From Lingula anatina (Eukaryota > Animalia > Brachiopoda), in NCBI GenBank assembly GCA_051362555.1, contig CM120640.1, forward strand, positions 34,925,967 to 34,989,966: a DNA stretch of 64,000 bases. Reading direction: 5' to 3'. This document shows positions 41,433-54,300 of the stretch, piece after piece. The translations under genes were made by a program, and so were the position numbers. The stretch's first letter is position 1, and every line of letters begins with the position of its first letter. The notes under the pieces were generated by a model. That model searched no databases. It was not told the DNA's origin and saw only the letters and a program-made list of their open reading frames with translations.

Positions 41433-43789
41433 AGTTGCTGCCGTGAGAGGGTGCAGCAGTGTCTGGGATGAACAAACACCTATTAAGACCTACAGTGATC
41501 AATTACCCCAGAGAAAGCGCATGGGCACATATAAAAATATTTGGACAATTTTTTAGTTGATGTGCATAGTATTTCCATTGATACAATTCATTGTTAAATT
41601 CTATTTTAATTCTATTTATTTATGTATTTATTTATTATTTTTTATCAAGGGGTTCACAATTGCTATTTGCTATATTTAAGGGGTATTTTTTTCGTTTTAA
41701 TTATTTTTATCGGGTTGTGGGGTGGTAGAACGAAATTTGCAGAATTGGAAACGATCCCCTGGCACACCGTAAGAAGTTGTAAGATCGTGAGTCCCTGGCG
41801 TGGATGAAATATGCCCGTAAACTCACCAACTGCACATCTGAGCCTGTCACATCAAAATTTCGAGGGAGTGTTTTTTTTAATCTTGTTTTGTTTTTGTTTT
41901 TTTTATATATAATTAGGACCAGATAGTTTTAATCAGCGAAAAAAAGTCCTTGTTGTTACATGTATATAATTAATATTTTGCTGTGAACATATTTAAATTA
42001 ATTACAAAAAACACTAATAAAAATATGTCTTTCTTGAATAAGAAACCTTTTAGTTCGGGTGTATTTTGTTTTAACAAGTTAAAAACTTAACAACAATGTA
42101 ACATAAATGGAAGTCCAATGTTTGCCTTGTGTTAACCATCTACAGGACGAGTTATACAACATACATGTATGTTGAAAATCAGGAACTGTTGAAAAGGTCA
42201 GAGATTTCGTGCTTTGGCGTACAGAAAATAAGAATAAGAATTAACAGGATATGTCAATATCAAATTAAAGACAAATTGAACTCTGTGATATTTGCCATGC
42301 ATTTTAAGACGTGTTCTTTCAGGTTATCCTTATCCGTAACCATATTTCGGTGTCTTTAATAATACTTTTTTCTCCTTATTATATGAACGCGTCGTACTGC
42401 TTGATAAATGTACCGGCGTGTGCGTGCGGTGCACCTTCTTATGACCATTTAAACGGTCATTTAAACGAGTTATAATTGATGTATTTGGTAAAATCAAAAA
42501 ATTACTGAAAAGTTGACAATGCCCAGGGTATATTATGTGTCTCCAAGGAAGGTATCTATAATAATGACCACTTTCATCCAGTCGATGATAAAGAATAATC
42601 TGTTATGGCCAAACATGGCCCGCTCGAATGTGATTGCAATGGCCTTTCTCAACTGATGCAATCAACCTGTCTCATAAAGAACTATCTAATTTTATATGTG
42701 CAATGTATGTTATGTATGTTTTCTGTGTTACAAGCGCTCTTTCACGTTGGGATAACCGTACATTTTATAAAGGGACTTTGTGACTAGGTGAAAGTAAAAA
42801 TGTAAATAGATGGATAGGATATACAATAAAAAGAAAGAAGACAAAATTGTAGTGTCTACAGTGGAATAGGAAAGGAAAAATACATAATAGCCAAGTTATT
42901 GAAATCCGCTTCTAGGGCTGTTTACATTTATTTGACTCACGGTCCGAGTGAGATAGATGGGGGAGAAACAAATCACTATGATCTCGGAAGAAGCAGATAA
43001 TGATCAAGCATTTACACTCGCTTAGTAGCGTTACCACAAGAATGCAACACTTTGCAGTTATACATTTTTTTCATTATAAGCCACCACTACAAAAAAAAAA
43101 GAGAAAACTAATGAAAGCATTAGAAAATTAACAAGAAATGGTGAATAAAATCATAAAGTCATCGAACTTGTTAGCCGTATCAATCCCATATCAGTATTCT
43201 AATGCAAATTGATTATGGACAACAAGCTATCCCATACAGACAATATACAAGGAAAACGAACAAGTAAAAAAAAACAATAAGTCAGTAGGTTAAACTAAAC
43301 GGGCAAAGTCGAAGAAAACAAAAAGACAATAAGATAAACTATATAAATACATATGTATAACGGTGTTTCGATCTGTGTCGCTGCCGAGAGTGTGGTGTGT
43401 ACCACAGCCAAAGTACAAGTGTGTCGAAATACGATAAGCTCCAGCGGGTGATAAGGGCCCCATGCCTGAGTGTTGAAATCCAGTGGACAACGTTCAACAC
43501 GGGTGACACGGTGTAATCTCCTCGTCGGATTTTAAGGAGGAGCACCTCGGTTTTCCTGGACCGGTGAAAGTGGAGTTTTATTGTCTATCCCGATATCTTG
43601 GTGTGGGTTATAGGACGTGTAATTACCGTGAAAGGAAACGGGCGATGCTATATGACCATTGTTTTCGTAGTTAGAAACCTCAATACAGCGAAGTGTTCAC
43701 ATTAGAAGGCATTATCAAGAACTCTCGTTCATCCGCCTTTCGCTGTGTACCAGTTATTTTGAGAAACTTTGTATCGAATCTAGTCCAAA

Positions 43790-43963
43790 ATGCCAAGATT
43801 TCTGTTGTTGCTGATCATCGCCATGTCACTAAAGGTAAGGCATTAGTAGCCTATATTATGCCCCTTGTAGTAAACTGTGCTGACAATCTGTACATTACAG
43901 ATACCATCTTTAACCCCAACCTTGACTCTGGAGTCTTCATAGATAACATGTCCGGTATTATAC

Positions 43964-43999
<36 letters not shown>

Positions 44000-46401
44000 A
44001 GGTTATCGTTGAAAAATGAAAACGTAATGACCCAAAGCAGCCTTTTTATTCCCACTCACACCACGGAAGGGGCGCTCCTACGTGCTTGTGTGTTTTTTAA
44101 ATCTCGTCCGTCAGCTATTCTTGCTCACACCTCAACACTGTAAAGTTGACACCTTTTAATAAAGGTAGACAAGAGTAGTGAAAAAATTCAAATTATATGG
44201 ATCTCTCTCGCGCGCGCGCCCTCGCATGGTCGCGTAAAGTGTGAAAACACGAAAGTGGGAATGACGAAAAGCGAGAATATGTTTTACACAATTTATTATT
44301 AGTTCAGTTTATGAGAAGTCTATTTTCTTACATTACTTATACACCAGACTAATTCATACGAAGGACTTCTACCAACACATGCCGGGCTGAATCTTATTCA
44401 AACCATTAAAACGATTGTTCCCCACGCAGGTGCACAAGTACACTTCTTATTTTCTACTGAAAATACTAGTAAACACGCAACCACGGAATCTAAGGTTTAC
44501 TCAACAAAAGTTATCAGAGTATTTTTAGCAAGTCGCATTGACTTCAGATATATTTAGAAAAAGATATACATGGAACCGCTTAGGCTTTCTACGGTCTGTG
44601 CGCTATCTCGATCACTATCGCTTGTTTTTGATAGTTGAAATACTGGAGTCATCGTGCCAAAACATCTACTTAAGGCACTGTCACACACATCAAACAGACA
44701 ATGTTTTTTCCTATTTTATTTAATTTTATTCTTTGCATTTTATGCGACATAAATTCGAGACAGATATTTGCCGGTGAATTTTGCACTTAAACAGCTGTAC
44801 TTAGCGCGTGGGTTTTCAATTCCAAGGGTGCTTGGCACGAAATTTAGAAAGCATGCCTCATGTTTCAAGGTTCTGTTTTAAAAATTCAGCATATTGACTA
44901 GATGGAATATTAGTCACACGAAAGAGGAAGAATTAATTAACTTTGGGATTTTTATATGAGACGCATGTGACCCGTCAAATTTTATGTTGTAATATTAAGC
45001 GATCTCATATCAGCCAGTGCAACTCATTGCGGGCCAAGTACGTAATTATGTTGATAACCTAATCCAAGTTAATTCGATGAAATCTCTCTCCCACGTCTTT
45101 TTACATGACGCCCTAGGTACATTTATATCATTTATAACAGTATCTTTGGAACAATATGGTTTCTCCGCGCTTTATACCCGCGATGCGGTTAAAAGTCTAA
45201 AACATCATTTTCCCATGGTATTAGATCCCTTCTTTTCAAACTTTCCTTCACGTCATCGTTGGATTTGTTTTCAAATACTTTGTGTATGGTAAACGGGCGA
45301 ATATATATACATGTGTGTTTTGGCGAGTTTATTATTGTCTCTGCCGTCAAAGATTCTCTCGGAGATAAACTGGCTGAGAAGAACTGTGCAGACCAAATAG
45401 TGGCATATTTCCATAAGAGAGCATTTGTGAACCAGGCCGGGTGAAACACTAGGCAAATACAACTTCTTGGTAAATGCAAGGGAAAGTGGGACTCCACTTA
45501 AGGGATGTTTGTATTCCTATGTTCCAAAATAGAACGATGCTACCAATCAAACAGCTGTGTATACATCAAATCATTATCTCACCTTTTCTTTACACAGCAA
45601 AAGATGCCAACACATACACGTTTGAAAACATCTACTGTATAATAGTAATCTTAGCTCTCTAGTTCTTGCTCTATGAGAACCCCATTTATACATTATTTGC
45701 TAGCGTCAGATTTTCTATTCGTCCTTATCGTTGATAGAGCTGGGACTGAATTGGCTGTAGTATATAACACCAGATAAGGTATTCACCCCCAGTGGACAAG
45801 GGAATCCAAAGTTTAAGCTGCCCTTGGGGAGGATTGATACGCTTATCGTTAATCAGGGAACAGTGATCCGATTTTAATTGACGATGGCTATTTACCTAGG
45901 TGTCCAAAAAGATGGTGAATGGAAATCATCCGCGATAGCATAAAACGAGACCATTGGCACTGTGTGACGTCAAACGAGAATAAAAAATGTGCGAGAATCC
46001 GCGTGAGGTGAGGTTAACTTCTCAGCGATAAGTGCTAATCTCAACGCGAAGGGAATATCTTCTCAAAATGCAGTACAAAATTGACACCCAAAATGTGGCG
46101 AATTCGTGCTATTATACATTAGACTGCTTTTCGACAAACTCCAAGAGAAAACGGCCAGAAAAATATTCATGGGTATAATATGGCTGCTTGGCAGCTTTTC
46201 TTCGTTACCGCACCGCACTCGCTAGGCTGCCATTATTTGTAACTCCACTCTCCTTTAAACCCCACTATTATGAAAATCATCCGTGATAGCCCCAAACTAA
46301 ATGAGAAATTTTGGGGCTATCACGGATGATTATCATTTTTGACGTTACGATAAATGGGCAGTATGCCTAAACTTTATACGTCTATGGTCAATGAAAAAGA
46401 A

Positions 46402-46440
<39 letters not shown>

Positions 46441-49400
46441 GTGAGGGTGAGATGCGTGTGCTTCAATCCGTCCGCTGGGTCATCTGCGTATGATTTTTCT
46501 TAATAACTGAGTACACATTATCCACTTATTGTTATATCACACTTATTATTATATTGCACCAAAACTATGAAAGAGATCACTGAACTATAGAAATCTTTGT
46601 TTTTACTCTTTTTTTTTTTTTCAGTACTGTAACACGCAAACAAGACAGCGCTGCTCGAAATGTCCGCCAGGTTATGGGGCAGAGAAAAAATGCACCAATA
46701 CTCAAGACACCTTTTGCGTACCTTGCAAAACGGGGACCTTTTCAAAAACCTATTCAAGAAACCAACCATGCCAAAAATGTTCAGAAAAGTGTACATCCAG
46801 ACATTTCATCCACAAACAGTGCACAAAAACCCGTGACGTCATATGTGCACGGTGTGACGTATATGATGGCGACATAACGGAAGACTTTAAGAGAAGCTGC
46901 AAAAAAGAAGCTGAAACCTCGTTTCTGTCATTTTCCACTCTCTGGTATATGCTTGGCTACACGGATGATGAAGATTCAGACGAGGCGACAGACACAAAAT
47001 TAGCTGAGGTTTCTCGCAGGAGCACTTTCTCCTATCCTGTATCTCAATCGCCTCCCGATCAAAACACTTTCAATAACAACACAGATTTTCTTAACCAGTC
47101 GAATACGACTGTGGATACCAATGGAACTGGTGGGGACGGTTTTTTGCTGGATGAGAGAAATGACGGTAGGTCGAATAAATCAATTCCGATCACACCGAAT
47201 ATGTACTTACTTTTGGAAGGTGAAAGAAAGAAAGGCACTTACTGGAGTATTTTGTTTCCCACTTGTAAATATACTAGAATGAAAAAAAAAATGATCAATG
47301 GTGAATTCTCAAAAAAAAAATTTAACAAGTTTCCCGTGTCAATACTTCGAATTACAAAATGTATGAGATTCGTTTTTTCGTGACATACACTTACCAATAT
47401 TTGCAGTAGTGAATTTAGATTTAAATTATGAGAAAAATTGGCCTTTCAAATATAAAAGTTTAATGCTAATGCATTACTTCCATGACCAGTACTTACTACA
47501 GTTAAAATAGGGAGAACTAGAGGCAGACTGACAGTTTACAATTTATATTACATGTATGACAAGTCTAAATAAAATATTTTAATATAGAAATATGTGTAGT
47601 ACGACACAAATATGTTAATAGATTGAGATTGCAAAGGCATAAACTTGAACACAAGTAAAATAAGTGAACACGCGTATAGAGCGTAGAAAATACATATAGA
47701 AATTCGAGAAATACATTGCGATGAATAATGGATGAATATACATGTACTTTATATATAAATTGTTCCTTGGTTGGCGACGCTTTTCTAATTCTTGCACTTG
47801 TTTGATTGGATCATTGGAAGCGAGTAATTGTATACCATAAAATCGCCATTAAATGACATAGTATGCCAGTTCAGAAAAGGGTAATTGGGAGTCAGCATAC
47901 ACAGAAACAGTGAGTTCATATGCGGTAGCTTCCTCCGTAAATGTCAGTGGACACGGAAACGTCACCTGCTATGAAGATGTTAAAGAATGGGATTGATCAC
48001 TTTACAGAACATTCAATTTCTGTGTCATAAGAATCTGGATTGTTATGATAATAATTTCTTTTTTTATTTCGTAGTGACAATATCTTTTGAAGGAAATGCA
48101 ACGGATTCAAATCCCAGCAATATCAACATATTTCAAAATGTAAGTTGTACATTCTCACAACGCTAGCAAAATAATCAGTTGAATCCTTTACAAGCACGGA
48201 AAAAAGAATTACACAAATTTGCAATAGGTTACACCTTCATTACAATTACGAATGCATTCTGTGATGTCAATTATTTACGACAATGTCCCCTGATGATAGT
48301 CACATTTACTTCCTTCTTTTTTAGATGCAAATAGGTCATAAGGCACATTTTAAAAGACAACCGGCTCTTTTAATTAGAAGGTTGACTACAAATTTGTCAC
48401 TGTTCGTACTCAACATCCGTCTATCTTCTGAAGTCCGTTCTCGTTGGGTTTTTATCTTTCATACTTCTATACTGTATCTCTTATGTGCAGATAACTAACA
48501 GTCTAGACGATCCCAATGCGCAAATAGATCCAGAGGACATGGACGACCAGAATGACGACGCTCAAAATTACGGAGTGGTAGCAGGGGCACTGGTAGCCGC
48601 AGTGGTATTTTTCTCGCTAGGAGCGTGCAGTAATAGATTCAAGCATATCAAGAAACTTTGCGGCAAGAAAGAGGTAGAGCACTAACGTCAAACAGTTATA
48701 CTCATTCGAATCATTTTGACCAAAAAGAAATCAAATTATGTTTTTTGAATTTTATTTTCACCGATATTTCCAATTATACGTGCTGGATTGTTTAAATTAC
48801 GTTTGATTTTGACGATGATGTATAAAATATTGCTCATTTTTTCTCCAAATCTGGCATGATTACTTTCTGTAATATAGATCGGCTAATTATAGTAATCATA
48901 AGTCACAGTTTTATAATTTTCAACACAACAGAAGAAATATAGAAATAAGCTCTTTTTTCTTGGATATTTCAGAACGAGAATAGCCCCAGAAAACCTCACA
49001 AGTCCGATTTCTTTTTACACAGATCAAGAAGGACAGAATATGAGACGGGTAGGAGTGTAGAGTGCACCTGTAGTAGACTAGTGATATCTAATATAACATT
49101 TTTGTTATCAATTAGATTGGTTGATCAGAACCGATCGCGCCTTACAAGACGTTATTAACTTTTTCAATTTCGATTTGGCGAGAAGAGAAAATAAATAGTT
49201 CGGAAAACCTTTTTTTTAACTTGGATTATGTAAATGTGTAAGTACTGTCCTCATTTCTGCGTTTAATTCTAATTTTACAAATTTTCACAGACAAGCACAT
49301 GCAGGCCAATGGCTTTCTTCCGAGGCAATCCGTCACAGGTCACAGTTTAAGGGCCTCGGCGGACCCTGCCGTTCCTGGTCCTAGCGTCGTGGACACACCT

Positions 49401-49763
49401 CAGGTCCCAGGGAGTTCCATCGATAGCATCGAGTCAGCCTCCGATGTCACCGGTTCTTCACACGAGAGAATGAATAACAATCATTTTAAACGAAACAATA
49501 TAAAAGATAGCCGAGAATTGCTTAGGAGCTCTATAAAATCGAAATCTTCCGAAGGGACGAAGGAGGGAAATAACGGGAATCAGGATTTCACAGCAAATGG
49601 CGATTTCAGGGAATCTTTTCGGCCCTCAGTTATTGAAACTGATATTTTGGATTACAGAGAAGGCCGAGTGAATCCTGACACGAATACTAAAGATGATATG
49701 CAAAACACATCCAACACGCCGCAGCGCGTAGAGGGGGTCGACGAGTCTGATTATAGAGCGTAA
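43790..49763 (+). CDS. TNF receptor superfamily member, type I membrane protein, no death domain seen, about 460 aa
   Basis: Exons 43790-43834 (MPRFLLLLIIAMSLK), 46625-47165, 48075-48139, 48491-48673, 48973-49048 and 49291-49763. Cysteine-rich domains (CRDs) CSKCPPGYGAEKKCTNTQDTFCVPCKTGTFS...CQKCSEKC...CTKTRDVIC. N-glycosylated stalk and TM segment YGVVAGALVAAVVFFSLGAC. Confidence 0.88.
45924..46331. mobile_element. Non-autonomous element with inverted ends and a 3' perfect hairpin
   Basis: aatcatccg(c/t)gatagc at 45924 and 46275, with an inverted copy ending at 46331. Confidence 0.55.
46404..46438. repeat. (GT)n microsatellite
   Basis: Seen directly. Confidence 0.95.
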
Positions 49764-51317
49764 ATATAATACATAACATTGTGTTCTTTCAGTTCACCAC
49801 CCTTAACTTTCAGTTACAGTTTAGTTAACATTAGATGTAACATCCCAAAAGGCCTTGCTGGACTTATCCTTTTGTCACAATGGGCATTTTCATTTTCGTT
49901 CTATTTCAACCGAACGATAAGGTTACAGAAAGGGAAACAGCACAGAATATATCTGTAAACAACCACGCCAGGCCGAGCAAACCACGCCCGAAGACATTAG
50001 TGATGTTTCATTACACCAAATAATGAATAATTTCTGCACTCATTTTACCTATGACCCATCGAATAAATGCCCAGTAACGTAATTAGTCAACAATAATGCT
50101 CATAATAAATGATTAACTAAAACGTACAGGTTAACGTCCTTTATCAGTGGCATGAGACGGCCTAGAAAGCTCGCTCATGTCATTGGGTCCATAGTAGGTC
50201 CTGGATCCTAAAAGTTAAAAACGTTCGTACAATCGCACGCGCGCGTAGAGCAGCATGCGTTGCGGTCGGTGAAAGCTTTTACACATTCGCACGTCCTCTG
50301 TTATACGCCTTCATGTAATGTAGATATTAAGAGTTTCCTGTGCTCACAAAATTAACCACTGATATAAATAATAAATGATAAGTAACTGCTTAAGAGATGC
50401 ACTTAAGTATCGTAAGTATGCGCGTGCTAGTTCATTTATAGGTTGCAGGCGAAAAATTTACCATGAATTGGTTAACAGTGAGCTCAGGTTATTTTTAGAT
50501 TTCTAACACAATGTTATTCCCTGAAAATCAGCTTATTTCTATGAACTTACAAGGGAATCTACAGCGGGATAACTATGTGATTGATATGAATTCGCCTACC
50601 GTCACAGTCCCGTTGCTACGAAACTGAAGATCCGTGTAACAGAAAGTCCGCTTTCCATTTAGTTATAATGGTTAGGGTTAGCTTGACCTAAGTGGGTCAA
50701 AATCTAGGGCGAGACTTACCTGTACAAATGAATGGGAAGCGGAGTCTCTATGGGGGACTCTGTCACGTTACACCGTGACAACGGTGGCGATTGTGGTAGA
50801 GGTGCTATCAAGGAAAAGTTCGTGCACTCATGAAAGTCTGGTTGCATTTGATAAAATAATCACCAAAACTGATTTATACAGCTCAGACGTGGTTGACATT
50901 TCCTTAAAATTATATACAATTATATTCGTGTCTGTTTCGGCACCTGTGAAACAAGTGTTTATTTTTTCTTGTTCATCGATTATACGTTTTGCAGATAAAA
51001 TTAATTGATCGTCAAACCAAGAGAACAATGTCGCAAGGTACAATGAAACTTAAGTTAAATTTTATACATTAACACTTATTTGAAGAAAATGACCAAGTAG
51101 TATTTGCTATGTACATTTGAGAACTACCTTGGTTAATTCTATCCTCGTTCTCTATCCCACTCTTTCTCATTGTTGTTCACTTATCGCAGTCCAGACTAAA
51201 CCATTCTTCATAAATAGTTGATGAGGAATCTATTAGCGTTTATAAGGCCGATGACGAGAATGACGGTATATTATCAGAGAAGACAAGCGCCAGTAATAGG
51301 AACAAATTGATTTCAAC

Positions 51318-54300
51318 ATGGCCAAGCCGATGGTATTGCCAGTTATGGTCCTACTGCCGTTTTTGATGTGCTACACACAGTGAGTGAACGACAACATTAA
51401 ACCTAAAACTGCATGTTATTTAGTTTTTTCCTTACTAGAACAGATACGTATGTATTTTGTTATTGACACGAGTGATGTTTTCGTTTCTGATTATCATGAC
51501 CTTTTCTTAAACTAAAAAGCAGCTAACGTTCCAACTTTTAAAAGAGGAATGTACCTGGTTTTGTTATTAAGCAAATAATGTTTTTTTTTTTTTTTTTTTT
51601 TTGGTACTAGAATTCAAGATTACTTGTTAACAAAAAAGGCAAACTGTTTCCAGGAAATATATCAGCGGTGAAATTCACCATCATAAAAACAAGGGTGTTA
51701 TCTTTTACCCTTAGCTTTGAAGCAGAGCTCACCATGAAACGTTGGAAATATTTTTTCTAAAAAACAGACCTGTGTATTAACTGTTTAAAAATGAATATCT
51801 TTGTGTAATATTTCTTATCAATTCAACCTTCGATGTCATCTGAAACACAATATATTTTCTATTTGATGAAGAATGGTTTGGCACGAAAGCAGACAACTTA
51901 AGTTTCTTCACTTTAAAATACCTGTCCTTAATTGCAAATAAGGTAAGAAGGTTAAATTATGGGAGGGGGATCCAGCTATTAATCGTGAAGGTCTGTGGAC
52001 TTTTTTATGATAAAAATATTAAATATGCAAGAAAAAATTTTAATCATAAAAGTGTCAATGTATATTTTAGTAATTCACTCAACGAGGTTAGACCTTAATT
52101 AAGCAGATTTAATTTTCCCTGAAATTGCAACACCTTCGATCTCCAAGCTATACCATATTCAAAAACGCTGGCAAAGTTACGATCTACGAACCATTTTCTA
52201 ATTTTGAACAACTCTCGTAATTTGAGCACGGGGACAAGTGAATTCGATTAGTGGGGGTAAAAGATTACAAATTTTGAGCTCGAAATAAGTTTATAAATCG
52301 TAGTATTCTCAATGAGTTTGGACAGGAAACCTTTATAATAAAAAGTAATTTTTCTGAAATTTCTAAGAAAAAAAACCGTTTGTTGTATAAAGGTCCAAAG
52401 CGCTGGTAGATAGGGGACGGTGGAAGACCGAATGCAAATAATTCAAATTATCGATCGTGATGTAAAGGCGCCCTTTTCATGATAAATTTGTATGTCCACT
52501 GGCTCATTTCCTCTCATATTTTATGTATCGTAACAAACAAAAGTTGACATTTTATTACAATGCGAATCAGCTAGATAACAATAAATCACAGTTCATGCCC
52601 TTTTCTGTTGGAATTGTCATTATATACCTTGTTTGTGGTAACTGTGCACTAGGGAATGCAGAAATATATTGCGTTACCTTTGAGATGCTACTTACATAGA
52701 AGGGCCATCGATTGATAATCCTGTTACATATACAACCTTTCGATAATTCATAACCAGCTATTGTTTCATCACATTATATGACATTAAGCTCAACCCGAAA
52801 GAATTCCGGTTAAATTCACATATACATTTATATACACAGACTCTTCATTTAATTCGTTTGGGTACCTCCTAGTGGTCCATTTTGATTTGTGGGATTATCG
52901 GTAATTTACAAGAAAAAGCAATTGTCATGTTCAAGGAAGCAAGAATTATATTAGAGGAGAGAGGCAGAATCACCCAGAGGCAATACTATACCAGAATTTA
53001 ATCACAGAGTCATAATCTCGGATAGCTGCCACAAACCCGAATAGCTTCATTTGTTCTTCAAGGTACTGAGTTAACCAGTTTCTAGTGCTTGTTGGCTCAG
53101 GTTAGCCTTCCCCTTCGAAAAGGCTGCCTGCCTCGGCTCATCCCGTGTAGTCAGCTGGACCTCTCTCCTCCTTACAATATGCCCTAGAGCATACCGACAG
53201 TGCGCAATGGGATGCAAAACAAGAAAAAGACAGACCAGCCTACTTGCTCATTTTTTTGTGCATTTTGCCTCTGTTCCTCAGATAAATTGCTGACAGTGTA
53301 CTCTTTTCAACGGCACATCTTGTGTAAAAAACCTCCTCTAGTATTCCTCTTGATCCTGTTCCAAGGGAAGTAGTCTGTCTCTAAATCAACCCCTTTTCCT
53401 TCCTTCCCCTTCCCTCGCCTCTCCTGGAGGGGAGGCTCGTCTAGTCATTAATTTTTTGTCCATTGCAGCGCTATGTCGATGAACGATGGAACATCAAGCA
53501 CCTCTGCTTCGGTTAGCATCTCATCTGGAAACAACACAGCGGATAACTATAGTGATGATTATGACGTTTATGATTATCATTATGAGTATACATGGAGCTT
53601 CGAAGAAGAAAAAAATAACATTCTGAGTAGATTGGGACATGATTACGATTCCCAAAGGAGACCGTATATGACGAGTGGTGAGTATCCTTTTCATTGCTTT
53701 CCTCCTCTCCCCCTCTCTCTCTCTTTCTCTCTCTCAGACCGCACTCCTTTTTCACCGACCACGTTGCATGCACATGCAGCAAAATTGGACAATTCTGAAT
53801 AAAATTTGTTAAAACCAACCCTAGTTTTAAAGGCCTGTATACATGAATTTCACCCCTACACAATAACTAGCAGTAACTCGCACCCACCTATTTATTCTAA
53901 GCTTTTAAGTTAAAACTTTTATGTTAAAACATCATTGTCGTGTATTCCCTTTCTCTTATCAGGTGTCTCAGATAATGTTACCGTTGGGATAACGATTGAT
54001 ACCTTCAGTGATATAAGTATTACGAACATGGTAAGTTTGAAAGACACATGTATAAATAACCAAAAAAGGTCTTTGCTTAAAGGGATAATAACTCTTCGTT
54101 TTGGCCAAAAAATGAATTTTCCTGGAGTGAACAACAATTTTTCCATACTTACCATTGGTTAATGAATCCATTTTTACATTCAAAGTTAGTCTCTGGTTTT
54201 TTTCTAAAAAGTTTGGTTTTTTGTTAAAATCTCTTAAGAGATTATAACAGAGTACAGCCATCAGTGGAGGTCACGTGATCTGAAGACAAGCTCAGATATC

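Noticed and set aside
53200-53285. Signal-peptide-like frame (AYLLIFLCILPLFL) as first exon of the channel
   Set aside because: It has no in-frame ATG and no GT donor. Exon 51318-51379 supplies an ATG, a signal peptide and the correct phase.
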